Shown: positions 18,612 to 28,526 of the stretch, in pieces | Layout of the letters: each line of letters opens with the position of its first letter | Numbering within the stretch: position 1 is the first letter of the stretch | Assembly: GCA_963730995.1 (NCBI GenBank) | Contig: CAVSUB010000013.1 | Span: 2,173,167 to 2,237,166 of the forward strand | Direction of reading: 5' to 3' | DNA from: an uncultured Acidobacteriota bacterium | GTDB lineage: Bacteria; Acidobacteriota; Vicinamibacteria; Vicinamibacterales; 2-12-FULL-66-21 | DNA: 64,000 nucleotides | Program-made: the position numbers and the translations under genes | The notes under the pieces: generated by a model | What the model saw: the letters and a program-made list of their open reading frames with translations, nothing else | Databases searched by the model: none | Told to the model about the DNA's origin: nothing

Positions 18612-19094
18612 TTACGACGCTTCGTCCGCGCTCGGGCCGTAGATTGCCGGCACCTTGGCGCCCATCGGACGAAGATACGTCGAGAGCTGGCCGCGGTGAT
18701 GGATCTGGTCGAGCAGGAATCCCCACGCCATCTCGTACGCAGTGTCCTTCATGACTTCCTTTCCGCCGTACAAGAAAGGCAGCTCGGCGTCCCAGCGGGG
18801 GGAGTCGATCTCCCGCATTCCGTTCGTAATGCGGGAGTGTTCCCGATCGTACGTCCGAACGATCTCCTCGATCGTCGCGGGCGCCGGAACGTCGGCCCAT
18901 TCGAGCGTCCCCTTCCGCAGGCCGTCGCCAAGGGCGATTTCCTCGTACACGATCATCCACGCGAGCTCCCGGGCGGTGCGCGCTTTCGGATCCGGCCTGT
19001 AGTCGACGTGTGATTGAGGGATGCGGCTGATCACTTTCCGTGTGGCGGCAGCCTCTTTGTCCCAATGCGTGAGGAAGAACGTCTTGTGATCCAT
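18612..19094 (-). CDS. DinB/YfiT-like (DinB_2) family protein.
   Basis: The 160-aa product has conserved His residues in the four-helix-bundle pattern (LTHW...HEIALGD...FLLDQIHHRGQLSTYLR). Confidence 0.8.
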   Translation of the reverse strand: MDHKTFFLTHWDKEAAATRKVISRIPQSHVDYRPDPKARTARELAWMIVYEEIALGDGLRKGTLEWADVPAPATIEEIVRTYDREHSRITNGMREIDSPRWDAELPFLYGGKEVMKDTAYEMAWGFLLDQIHHRGQLSTYLRPMGAKVPAIYGPSADEAS

Positions 19095-19310
19095 ATCTGA
19101 CCTCCCCCGGCACACCAACGGCGCCGGCAGATCATGCAGCATAGGCGAAAGTTTATCGAAAGTCTATCTTGTCGGCCCACTTGACCGTTTCGGGATCCAT
19201 CGACAGGCGATCGCTGACAGGCAACGTGCGCGGCGGCGGCCCCATGCTCCACCTTCGCACCGCCTCGGGAGGGATCTCCGTCCGCTGAAATCTGCGATCG
19301 GAGCAGGCGC

Positions 19311-19895
19311 CTATGCCCGCTCGGCCTGCCTCGCAATCATCGGCAGCCACCGCTCGCCTGTTTCGACGAGGTCCGACAGCTCTCTGAACATGTTCGCGTT
19401 GATGCCCTCGGCGTAGGGCAGGATGCAGTTGCGAGTCTCGGCGAGATACCGCTTCACGAACGCCACGTCGTTCAGATATCCCAGCGTGGTGAGATTGCTG
19501 ATGCGATCCGCCAGCTTGAGGACTCTGGCTCGCGGGCTTCCATTCCGCATGATGCGCAGCAGGTACTCGGCCTTCGGCTCCCGGACGCCGTTCGCGAAGC
19601 GAATCGTCACCTCCATCACCAGCTCGTAAACAGCCCGACCGTCGTCGTCGATGCGGGTAATCTCCGACTCGGTGACCCCAGGCATCGTGGCGGCATCCTC
19701 GAAGAGATCGTGAATCACGGAGGCCTTGAGCAGCACGGGATCCGTCGTCTTGTAGTCGAGCAGGATTGCGAGCGTGCCGATCTGATGGCGGAACATGTTG
19801 CTGCCGGACCGGCGCTTGACGCCGATGAGCGCCATGGCCTTCACGATATACGGGGCCATCGTGATGCGCGCGAGCGAAGATTCGAGGTCGTCCAT
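19311..19895 (-). CDS. HD-domain phosphohydrolase (YfbR/HDDC2-like).
   Basis: The H...HD metal-binding motif is present (FRHQIGTLAILL...ASVIHDLFED), and the 194-aa length suits this family. Confidence 0.7.
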   Translation of the reverse strand: MDDLESSLARITMAPYIVKAMALIGVKRRSGSNMFRHQIGTLAILLDYKTTDPVLLKASVIHDLFEDAATMPGVTESEITRIDDDGRAVYELVMEVTIRFANGVREPKAEYLLRIMRNGSPRARVLKLADRISNLTTLGYLNDVAFVKRYLAETRNCILPYAEGINANMFRELSDLVETGERWLPMIARQAERA

Positions 19896-19976
19896 GACGG
19901 TGCCCTGCGGATTCTATGTTGATGAGGCGCAGGGTTCCTAATCGACGGAGGGCTCGATCGGGGCCGCCTCATCATA

Positions 19977-20036
19977 TGCAACCTTGAGGTTGCAAATCCA
20001 AGAAGCACCTCGTATGATCGGCAACCAGGAGGTTGC
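19977..20036 (+). promoter_or_regulatory. Sigma-70-like promoter (TTGCAA-N17-TATGAT) flanked by two palindromic operators upstream of the AHSA1/ArsR operon.
   Basis: The -35 TTGCAA lies at 19990..19995 and the -10 TATGAT at 20013..20018. Palindrome 1, TGCAACCTTGAGGTTGCA (19977..19994), overlaps the -35. Palindrome 2, GCAACCAGGAGGTTGC (20021..20036), overlaps the RBS directly before the ATG at 20039. Confidence 0.5.
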
Positions 20037-20038
20037 AC

Positions 20039-20536
20039 ATGTCTGTGGCGACGAGCGATCGAATCGAGAAGCGAATCATGTTGAACGCGCCCCGGGCCCG
20101 CGTGTGGAAGGCGCTCACGAATGCCGAGGAGTTCGGGAACTGGTTCGGCGTCAAACTGGACGGACCGTTCGAGGCTGGGGCCGCATTGCGGGGCGTCATC
20201 GTTCCAACCAAGGCAGATGCCGAGATTGCCAAGGCTCAGCAGCCCTATGCCGGAAAACCGTTCGAGATTACGGTCGAACGAATCGAGCCCGAGCGGCTGT
20301 TCTCATTCCGATGGCACCCGTTCGCGGTGGAACCCGCTGTCGACTACTCGAACGAGCCGACGACCCTCATCGAGTTCACGCTGGAGGAAAAGCCTCATGG
20401 CGTGATGCTGAGGGTGACGGAGTCCGGCTTCGATCGCATTCCCCTCGAGCGCCGCGCCAAGGCCTTCACGGCGAACGAAGGAGGCTGGACGATGGTCGTC
20501 ACGCTCATCGAGAAATACCTTGCGCAGAACGGGTAG
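20039..20536 (+). CDS. SRPBCC / AHSA1 (activator of Hsp90 ATPase homolog)-like protein.
   Basis: The product RIEKRIMLNAPRARVWKALTNAEEFGNWFG... is a typical bacterial AHSA1/polyketide-cyclase-fold protein. An AGGAGG RBS lies at 20025..20030. Confidence 0.85.
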   Translation: MSVATSDRIEKRIMLNAPRARVWKALTNAEEFGNWFGVKLDGPFEAGAALRGVIVPTKADAEIAKAQQPYAGKPFEITVERIEPERLFSFRWHPFAVEPAVDYSNEPTTLIEFTLEEKPHGVMLRVTESGFDRIPLERRAKAFTANEGGWTMVVTLIEKYLAQNG

Positions 20537-20867
20537 CGTCAAAGCGAAGGCGGAGCTCGCGGGCTCCGCCGCCGTTTTTGCGGCCCTGGGCGACGAGACG
20601 CGGCTGGGCCTCGCCTCACGCCTCTCGGACCAGGGCCCGCTGTCGATCGCGAAGCTCACGAGCGGCTTCGAGATTACACGGCAGGGGATCACGAAGCACC
20701 TGCGCGTGATGGAGGACGCCGGCCTCGTGCGTGCCACGCAGCAGGGCCGCGAGAGCATCTGGCAACTGGACCGGAAACGCCTGGCGGACGCGCGGCGGTA
20801 TCTTCAGACGATCTCGACGCAATGGGACGATGCGCTGGGAAGGTTGAAGGCTTTCGTGGAGGAATAG
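20520..20867 (+). CDS. ArsR/SmtB-family HTH transcriptional regulator.
   Basis: The product carries FAALGDETRLGLASRLSDQGPLSIAKLTSGFEITRQGITKHLRVMEDAGLV (wHTH). It overlaps the AHSA1 stop, which is the common ArsR-AHSA1 pairing. Confidence 0.85.
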   Translation: MRRTGSVKAKAELAGSAAVFAALGDETRLGLASRLSDQGPLSIAKLTSGFEITRQGITKHLRVMEDAGLVRATQQGRESIWQLDRKRLADARRYLQTISTQWDDALGRLKAFVEE

Positions 20868-20969
20868 CGAGCTCGACGAGCACCTGCGCCGGCTGAGCGG
20901 TCGTTTCGAGCAAACGAAAGCGGGTCACGCCCGTCCGATCGCGCCGGCGGTAGACTCTATCGAGACCCA

Positions 20970-21374
20970 ATGGCCGCGAAGAAGAACGCGTTTGCCGCGG
21001 TACGCGAATTCGGCCGCGCGCTCCCGGACGTCGAAGAGGGAACCACCTATGGGACTCCCGCCCTCAAGGTGAACGGGAAGATGTTCGTCTGCCTGGCGAA
21101 CCACAAGTCAGCCGAGCCCGGCACGCTCGTGGCCCGCGTCGGCTTCCCCCAACGGGACGACATGATCGCCACCGAACCGGACACGTACTACTTGAAGGAC
21201 CACTACGTGAACTATCCGGTCGTCCTGGTGCGGCTCTCGCGAGTGCACGCGGACGCGCTCCGCGATCTGGTCCTGATGGCGAGGCGCTTCACCTCGGCAA
21301 CGAACAAGCGGCGGTCCGTGCGACCAGGCGCCGTTCGCGCCGGCGCACGGAAGCGATCGGCCAAGCGGTCCTGA
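20970..21374 (+). CDS. MmcQ/YjbR-family protein.
   Basis: The 134-aa product (FAAVREFGRALPDVEEGTTYGTPALKVNGKMFVCLAN...) follows the YjbR family pattern. Confidence 0.75.
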   Translation: MAAKKNAFAAVREFGRALPDVEEGTTYGTPALKVNGKMFVCLANHKSAEPGTLVARVGFPQRDDMIATEPDTYYLKDHYVNYPVVLVRLSRVHADALRDLVLMARRFTSATNKRRSVRPGAVRAGARKRSAKRS

Positions 21375-21392
21375 AGCAGCGCTGAACGAACG

Positions 21393-23571
21393 TCAGAAAG
21401 GTGGGTCACGCCGTGGAGTCTGGTTCTTGCCTGGCTGGCTCCGAACCAATGGTCTGCCACTGAAACTCTGGAAATACTGAAGGATGTGATCTCTCCACGC
21501 CGCGGCGTCGGTCACCTGGACGACCAGCCTGTCGGACACTTCCTTGTGGCGCTGGGGATCGATTCGGCCCGAGAGCGATTGCCACGTACTCTGCAGCGCC
21601 GCCGCCTGGCTGACGCCCTCGTCGTATTTCTCGCAGAGTGCGTTCCAGAGCGTTCGCCCTGACTTCAGCTTGTAGTCCCATCCGCATCGATGAAACCAGA
21701 GCAGGAACTTGTCCGGACAGGTCTCGAGGTTGTCGAACATGTCGCGCACGGGCGGAAAGTACTGTCCGACGGCTTTGTCACCCTTCATCGTCCGGTCGAA
21801 GCCGATGCCGTCCGCCGATGCCTGGTGATAGTAAACGGCGGTCCAGTCGGCGCGCGGCGCCTTGCCGTTCTCTGGCATGGGCGCGTAGTGGTTCCCGCCG
21901 ATCAGATGGTGGAGCCCGAGCGGCATCGTGTAGTTCACGAATGTCTCCCTGGACGTCATCAGCATCTCGCAGATGGTGTCGACCGCCTTCGGCTCGGTGG
22001 TGAACGTCATGCGCGTCCACTCCTCCGCGATCTGCCTGGCAGGCAGGCTGGGGTTCCACGCCAGCCTGCCGGACGCATACCAATTGGACTGCGAGAAGTG
22101 ATGCCCGCACCAATTCGGGTCGAGGCCGGGGTTCACCACCGACGCCACGCCCGTCACGTGATACGGGTGGATCGCACCTTCGATCGCTTTGGCGACCGTC
22201 GATCCCTTGCCTTTGGCGAACGTATCGGCCTCGAGGAACTCCTGCCACATCGTTCCGAGGTACACCAGGTGCTTCGCCTGCCCCAGAGTATTCCTGCGTC
22301 GCCTGAATCTCGGCGAGCACCGGGGTCTTCTCGAGCGCGCCGAACAAGGGATGAAAGGGCTCCCGCGGCATGAAGTCGATCGCGCCGTTCTTGACCTGCA
22401 GAAGTGCGTTCGTGCGGAATTGCCCATCGAGCTTCGTGAACTCGATGTACGCGCGCTTGGCCCGATCGGGATCGACGTCCTCGTCGTAGATGAACGCGCG
22501 CCAGACGACACTGCCGCCGTGGGGAGCCAGAGCGTCGGCGAGGACGTTGGCGCCCTCGGCATGAGTGCGGCCGTAGTCCTTCGGGCCCGGTTGTCCCTCT
22601 GAGTTGGCCTTCACGGTGAACCCGCCGAAGTCGGGGATGATCTTGTAGATCTCGTCGACCTTCTGCTTCCACCACGAGGCGACGCCCGAGTCGAGCGGAT
22701 CGGCGGTCGTGAGCTTGCCGAGCGTCAGGGGTGCGGCAACGTTCGCCGACAGATACATGCGAAGGCCGTACGGACGCCACGCTTCCGCAAGCGCCGCGAC
22801 CTTGGCGAGGTACTCGGGCGAGAGAACGCGCACGTCGGCGTTCACGCTGTTGACGACCGACCCGTTGATGCCGACGGAGGCGTTCGCGCGCGCGTAGTCG
22901 ATGTACCTCGGGCTGATCGTGCCGGGCAGCTCGCTCCACTGCCAGATCGAGCGGCCCGCGTAACCCCGCTCGATCGTCCCATCCAGGTTGTCCCAGTGAT
23001 TCAGCAGCCGGAGCTGCACTCTCGGGCGCTCGGCAATGTTCAGCTTGTCCAGAGACGCGTCGCTCTGCAGGAGCCGCAGGAAATGGAACGCGCCGTACAG
23101 CGACCCCACCTCCCCGGCCGAAGCGATGGCAATGACCGACCGGCTGCCGACACGCGCGGGACGAATGACGTAGCCTTCGGCTCCCATCTTCGCCAGCTCG
23201 CCCTGCCATCCGAGCCCTTTGATCGCTGGAGAATTGTCAGGCGTGCCGACGACAATCGCGCCGTCGCGCAAGCCATCGGAGCCGTCCGGCAGCGTCGCGC
23301 CCAGCATCGACGAGAGTGCCGCGCTCATCTCCCGCCGAATTACCGTGGCCGTCGGCGAAGAGCCTTCAATCAGCAACTGACCGAGCGATCGCCGATATGC
23401 CGACGCGCCGCGTATCGGCACATAGCGAAGCCACAGCCTGTAACCGTCCTCGTTTGCGAGGGGTAACTGCTGTTGAGCGCTCGACAGATCCTCTGCCCCG
23501 AGAGTGCGCGCGGCATAGAGGCTCACCGTGCCAGCCAGGCCGGCGACGAACTCCCGTCGTGAATGCTGCAT
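21393..23571 (-). pseudogene. aguA: Alpha-glucuronidase (GH67), secreted, interrupted by a single-base frameshift near 22287.
   Basis: Two overlapping minus-strand ORFs (21778..23571 and 21393..22562) together span a GH67 enzyme. The signal peptide and GH67 N-terminal and catalytic regions are in one ORF. After ...[10 protein letters not shown] the reading switches to the +1 frame (...[20 protein letters not shown]...). Removing one nucleotide from the tactct run at 22285..22290 restores QEYLGQAKHL. Confidence 0.8.
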
Positions 23572-23711
23572 GAGATCCCTCGGACCAGGGCAATCCTACC
23601 TGGATCCCGAGACGGACGTCACGCTTGGGCGGCGTGAGAGAGGATTGCTTCGAGCGAACGCTGGACCATGATCCGAGCCTCTGCTCGCGCCAGGTGTCGA
23701 AGCCCGCAGCA

Positions 23712-26054
23712 TCAGGTTCGTGCCTGCAACACGGCTTTGACGCGCTCCCGGGTGAACGGAACCTGGCGGACGCGGGCTCCCGTCGCATCGAAGATCGCGT
23801 TTCCGATCGCGGCGGCCACAATCGTGATGGCGGTCTCCCCCGCTCCTGTGGCCTCCTCGTTCGGACGGTTGATGAGAACGGACTCGATTGTCGGAAGATC
23901 CGACCACCCGGTCCACGAGCCGTAGCTGCGCCAGTCGACGGATGTCACCTTTTGATCGTCCCAGGTGACCTCTTCCATCAAGGCGCGGCTCATGCCCTGA
24001 AGGACGCCGCCTTCGATCTGATTCCGCATGCCGTCAGGATTCGAGATCGGCCCGCAATCCTGCGCCAGCACGATCCGTTTCACCGTCACGGCGCCGGTAT
24101 CCTGATCGACGGCGACTTCGGCGACCATCGCGCAATATCCGTTGTCGCCTTCGTACGCGACGAGGGAGGCGCCGCGACCGGTGACGACGCCGGTTCGGGG
24201 AGTGCCCGGCTTCGGCGACGGCCGTGCATCCCAGTTCGCCGCCTTCGTCGCCCCCTTCAACACGTCGATCAATCGCGGATGACTCAGATGGCGCAGCCGG
24301 TACGCGACGGGATCCGCTTTCACCGCAGCGGCGATCTCGTCCATGAAGCTCTCGTGGGCGAACGTATTCTGGAGGCGCGCGGGCGATCGCAGCGGCCCGG
24401 TGAAGAAGAAAGACTTGATCGTGTGCGACAGCACGCGCTCGCTGCGGATCGTGCCGCCGCCGCCACACCGGCCGCCCACGCAGCCTGCGACGTACGACGG
24501 CGCAGCGTTGCTGCCATTGTTGAATCCTGCCGGCTCGGACGCGGGGCCGCGAGGAGCGAAGGCCGCCGGCTGGCGGCCTGCCAGCGTTCCCGTGATGACG
24601 TTGCCGGGCGTGTCGTTCCCCGGACGGTTGCCGAGCGTGGGCGACCAGGCCTCGTAGTCCCACGCGACGAGATTTCCGTTGGCGTCGAGACCCACGCGTT
24701 GATCGATGACGTACGCGGCGCCGTAGTTCTCCCACGCCATTTCATCCGCACGCATCAATTGCACGCGGACCGGCCGGGCGACCGCCTGGGACATCAGGGC
24801 CGCGTCGTACGAGACGGTGTCCGCCCCGTTCAAGCCATAGCAACCCGAACCTCTCGTGAAGATGACGTGTACGTTCTCCGCCGGTATGCCCAGCAGCGAC
24901 GCAGTACTGTTTTTCAAGGGATGGACCGCCTGCGTCGGCGACCAGACGGTTGCACGACTCCCCTGAACGTCCGCGACGGCGCACGCGGTGCCCATCGACC
25001 CGTGCATCTGATACGGATGGTGGTAGGTCGCCTTCATGACCTTCGCCGCCCCGGCCAGCGCGGCATCGACATCCCTCGAGTTCACCACGAACGCGTCTCG
25101 TGTCGACTTCTGGTTCCGCATGTAATCGAAGAAGTCGCCGTGCTTCGGCAGGCCCGGCCCAGGAGTCCATGTCGCCTTCAGCGCTCGGGCAGCCTGGACG
25201 GCCTGCCACGGCTTCTCGGCCACCACACCGACGAAGTTGTTCTTGACGACCAGCTTCACGAATCCGGGCACCTGCCGGACCGAGCTCTCGTCAACGGCCG
25301 CCAGCGTCGCACCCACCGAAGGCGGACGGACAACCCTTCCGTGCAGCATCCCCGGCACGCGCACGTTGTGCACGAACTCGAATTGCGCGGTCACCATGGC
25401 CGGCAGATCGAGTCGGGGTACCGGTTTGCCCAGCACCGTCCATTCGTGGGCGGGCTTCCGTTTGGCCGAACGATTGAGCGGGATGTCGAAGCGCTTCCCG
25501 CCCAGCAGCTCGCCGTAGCTCACCTTCTTCGAAGGATCCGCCTTGGCGACGATCACGCCATTCTCCAGCGCCAGACCCTCGACGGGCGCCGCGAGTCGTG
25601 CCGACGCCAGCTGCAGCAGGGCCTCTCTCGCCGTCGCCGCAGCGAGCGCAAGGTTGCTCTGGTTGAAGTTCGCCGGATGCGACTGGCTCCCCGACGTCGT
25701 TCCCTGATCGGGCGTCGTTGCGGTGTCGCACTGCACCAGCGTGACGCGATCGATGGCTACGCCGAGCTCTTCGGCGATCAACTGTGTCTGCGCCGTGAAC
25801 AGTCCCTGACCGAGCTCCGCCTTCCCTGTGTACGCGGTGACGCGGCCGTCGGCGGCGATCGCAATCCAGGAGTCCAGCTGGGAGCTCCCCTGGCCGTTGA
25901 ACCCCTGGGCCCTGACGGTCCCGGTCGAGTCCAGCACGCTGCCTGCGGCGAAGCTCACGATGAGGACGCCCGTTCCCTTCAGGAACGCGCGTCGAGACCA
26001 TTGGCCGCGATCGAGCGCCGCGCGTGCTTCGGGCGTCGTGGATGCATTCGTCAT
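23712..26054 (-). CDS. Molybdopterin-binding subunit of a xanthine-dehydrogenase-family hydroxylase (IorB/aldehyde-oxidase large-subunit-like), TAT-exported.
   Basis: A TAT signal (WSRRAFLKGTGVLIVSFAAG) and the Ald_Xan_dh_C/MoCoBD domains are present in the 780-aa product. Its ATG overlaps the small-subunit stop as ATGA. Confidence 0.9.
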   Translation of the reverse strand: MTNASTTPEARAALDRGQWSRRAFLKGTGVLIVSFAAGSVLDSTGTVRAQGFNGQGSSQLDSWIAIAADGRVTAYTGKAELGQGLFTAQTQLIAEELGVAIDRVTLVQCDTATTPDQGTTSGSQSHPANFNQSNLALAAATAREALLQLASARLAAPVEGLALENGVIVAKADPSKKVSYGELLGGKRFDIPLNRSAKRKPAHEWTVLGKPVPRLDLPAMVTAQFEFVHNVRVPGMLHGRVVRPPSVGATLAAVDESSVRQVPGFVKLVVKNNFVGVVAEKPWQAVQAARALKATWTPGPGLPKHGDFFDYMRNQKSTRDAFVVNSRDVDAALAGAAKVMKATYHHPYQMHGSMGTACAVADVQGSRATVWSPTQAVHPLKNSTASLLGIPAENVHVIFTRGSGCYGLNGADTVSYDAALMSQAVARPVRVQLMRADEMAWENYGAAYVIDQRVGLDANGNLVAWDYEAWSPTLGNRPGNDTPGNVITGTLAGRQPAAFAPRGPASEPAGFNNGSNAAPSYVAGCVGGRCGGGGTIRSERVLSHTIKSFFFTGPLRSPARLQNTFAHESFMDEIAAAVKADPVAYRLRHLSHPRLIDVLKGATKAANWDARPSPKPGTPRTGVVTGRGASLVAYEGDNGYCAMVAEVAVDQDTGAVTVKRIVLAQDCGPISNPDGMRNQIEGGVLQGMSRALMEEVTWDDQKVTSVDWRSYGSWTGWSDLPTIESVLINRPNEEATGAGETAITIVAAAIGNAIFDATGARVRQVPFTRERVKAVLQART

Positions 26055-26518
26055 CGCGCGACTCCCTGCGCATACCGTTTGATGGCGCGCAGCATCCGCC
26101 CGTGGGCGAAACATCGGCACAGCACACCTGACATCGCCTCATGGATTTCCACGTCGCTCGCTTTCGGGTTGCGGTCGACGAGGGCCTTGGCCGTCATGAT
26201 CACGGCGTTCAGACAGAACCCGCACTGCGCGGCCTGCTCGTCGATGAAGGCCTGTTGAATGGGGTGGGGCTTCTCAAGCGTGCCGAGCCCGTCCAGCGTG
26301 ACGACATCCGCGCCGCCCACAGCCGAGACAGGCGTCACGCACGAACGAAGCGCCTGCCCCTTTACGATGACTGTACAGGCGCCGCACTGCCCGAGGCCGC
26401 AGCCGAATTTCGGGCCCCGCTGCTGCAGATCATCGCTGAGCACGTAAAGAAGCGGAGTTGCCGGATCGACGTCCACGTCGTGCGGACGACCGTTGACGGT
26501 AAGCGTCATCTTGCTCAT
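26051..26518 (-). CDS. (2Fe-2S)-binding small subunit (IorA-like) of the same hydroxylase.
   Basis: Both [2Fe-2S] cysteine clusters (CGLGQCGACTV; CGFCLNAVIM...CRC) are present. A GGGAG RBS precedes the start. Confidence 0.9.
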   Translation of the reverse strand: MSKMTLTVNGRPHDVDVDPATPLLYVLSDDLQQRGPKFGCGLGQCGACTVIVKGQALRSCVTPVSAVGGADVVTLDGLGTLEKPHPIQQAFIDEQAAQCGFCLNAVIMTAKALVDRNPKASDVEIHEAMSGVLCRCFAHGRMLRAIKRYAQGVAR

Positions 26519-26577
26519 ACGTCTCGATCTCCCCAAGGTCGCAATGGTTCATTCTAAGGGGAGTCGGAGCCTTGCGA

Positions 26578-28051
26578 TCAGCTCTCGCGCAGGATCTCGG
26601 CAGGGTCGAGCCGCGCAGCTCGGCGCGCCGGAACCAGGCAGGCTATGCCCGCCGCGAAGGCGAGCGCGGCTGGCACGGCGATCATCGTACGGACGTCGGT
26701 CGGGCTCACTCCGTAGAGCAACGTCGCAATCAGGCGACCGCCAAGCATCGCGGCAGCGATGCCGACGACTACGCCCACGACCACGAGGCGAAGCCCCTGC
26801 CACACGACCATCCGGCGCATCGTCGACGGATCGCCGCCAAGCGCCAGCCTGATGCCGATCTCACGGGTGTGCTGATCGACGAAGTGGGCCATCACGCCGT
26901 AAACGCCGACGATGGACAGGACCAGTGCGGCCAACGCGAACATCGCGACGAGAACACTGAGGTAGCGCGGGGCCACGAGGGCGTTCGAGACGAGCTCGTC
27001 GCCCGTTGCAATGTTCGCCAGAGCAATTGTCGGATCCAGTTCCTGCATCGCCCGCCGCAGGTTCGACGCGACTGTCGAGGGATCTTCGATTGTCCTCAGG
27101 ACGATGTACGTGCTGGGAAGATCGACGAAAGGGAAATAGACCGTACCGGGATCGGGCCGATCCAGCCCGACGAATTTGACCGTCGAGACGACGCCAACGA
27201 CCGTCGTCCAGGAGCAGCTCGTGCAGCCACCGCCCTTCAGGCGCCGGCCCAGGACTTCCTGATTCGGGAAGAACCGATCGGCCCAGGCACGGTCCACGAC
27301 AACGACGTCGTCGTCGAGCGAGTGCTCGTCGAGCAACCGCCCGCGTTCCAGAGTCAGCCCGACTGCTTTGAAGAACCCGGGCGACGCGCCAACCCAGGTG
27401 GAGATCGGCTGGTTCTGACCGGGCGGCGTCGGATGATCCTCGAGGTCGAAGTTGTTGCTCTGACCCGCATCCCTCGGTGGACGGCTGTCCGCCAAGGCCG
27501 CAGCCTCGACGCCGGGAAGTGCGGCCAGCCGGCGCAGCGTCCGCTCCCAGAACGCCTTTCGGTCGGTGTCACGCGGGTAGCTCGATGACGCGAGCGACAC
27601 GGACGCCGTCAGCAGCCGATCGGTCTCGATGCCGACGCGAACGTGGCTGAGGCCATTCAGACTGGCCATTACGGACTGATCCCCGCCATCCATTGCTCGC
27701 GGCTCCGCCTCGAACGCGCCCTCGCATCGGGCGGGCGCTCGGGAACCGACGGCCCGGCCGCGCGCCAGCTGCGACGAGGGCTGGTCGCCACTGAGTTCGC
27801 GCTCGCCACTCCGCTGATCGTCGCCGCTGTCCTCGCGTCAGGTGCGCTGCGCCGCCCAGCATTGCGCCGAAGAAACCGCGGATGCGGTCGACGATGATGT
27901 GCATTGGATAGAACAGACGCTGTTGCCGGAGCCAGCGCGCGGCCGCGACATCCCCTTCGTGACGGCGGCGGAGCTCGAAGAGCTCGGTCAGATCGCTTTC
28001 GATCGCGCGCCGATCGGCTTCGGTCACGATGAAGCGCAGAAGCCAGCGCAT
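26578..28051 (-). pseudogene. Degraded ADOP-type (FtsX/MacB-like) ABC-transporter permease: an N-terminal prefix domain plus the second periplasmic and FtsX half; the first half is missing.
   Basis: The segment 28051..about 27900 encodes the conserved PadR-associated permease prefix (MRWLLRFIVTEADRRAIESDLTELFELRRRHEGDVAAARWL...). The frame then degenerates. The segment 27693..26578 encodes only the second periplasmic domain and FtsX transmembrane helices 6-8 (…ALAFAAGIACLVPARRAARLDPAEILRES). The two full-length ADOP paralogs in this window are about 800-870 aa, against roughly 490 codons here. Confidence 0.5.
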
Positions 28052-28052
28052 G

Positions 28053-28379
28053 TCAGACCTTGCGCGTCCTGAGGATTCGCTCCAGACCCCGCCACAGACG
28101 CGCGTGCTCGAGGTGGTGCTCCCTGACTGCGGCAAGCCCCTCTTTCGTGAGCTTGAAATACCGCCGCGCGCGTCCGCCCTGCGGCTCCTCGAGTCGGGAC
28201 CTGACGAGCCCCTTCTTCTCGAGGCGGCTCAGAGCGATGAAGACCGCCGCCTGCGCGACCGGCCGGCCACCCTGTTTTTCCAGCGCGAGGACAAGAGGCA
28301 CACTGTACGTCTCACCGTCGCTGCGCAGCATGGCCAGCAGGACCTGCAGTTCGAAATGCTGTAGTGTCTGTCGGCCCAT
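28053..28379 (-). CDS. PadR-family transcriptional regulator.
   Basis: The product carries the PadR wHTH (FELQVLLAMLRSDGETYSVPLVLALEKQGGRPVAQAAVFIALSRLEKKGLV). Its stop is 1 nt from the permease-prefix ATG, the characteristic PadR-ADOP operon arrangement. Confidence 0.85.
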   Translation of the reverse strand: MGRQTLQHFELQVLLAMLRSDGETYSVPLVLALEKQGGRPVAQAAVFIALSRLEKKGLVRSRLEEPQGGRARRYFKLTKEGLAAVREHHLEHARLWRGLERILRTRKV

Positions 28380-28482
28380 CTCCCTGTACCACTCTCGCGA
28401 GACTGCTTCCCCTGGACTCGCCCTGGGGCTAATACCGGGACTCACTTGCGTTGGCACCCGAAACCGGATCCCACGTCAAATG

Positions 28483-28497
28483 ACTAACACTGTTAGT
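28483..28497 (-). promoter_or_regulatory. Candidate PadR operator (palindrome ACTAACAcTGTTAGT).
   Basis: A 15-bp palindrome with an odd centre lies about 100 bp upstream of the padR start, in the padR 5' region. Confidence 0.3.
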
Positions 28498-28526
28498 GAC
28501 ATCCTGGATCGCGCGGCATCAGCCTG

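Noticed and set aside
23625-26258. 877-aa plus-strand ORF covering the iorB region.
   Set aside because: It is antisense to a well-supported molybdopterin-subunit gene. Its product is Arg/Ala/Gly/Pro-rich junk typical of the opposite frame in high-GC DNA. The same applies to 13148..15208 (686 aa, antisense of the LuxR gene), 53551..55440 (629 aa, antisense of the hydrolase and enolase genes), 33185..34258, 10340..11844 and 118..831.
27643-27897. Plus-strand ORF with an ADOP-like peptide (RQLRRGLVATEFALATPLIVAAVLASGAL) opposite the degraded ADOP gene; it could hint at an inversion.
   Set aside because: The similarity is short and low-complexity (Ala/Leu/Arg), which is easily produced by GC-rich antisense frames. 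No flanking homology supports an inverted segment.
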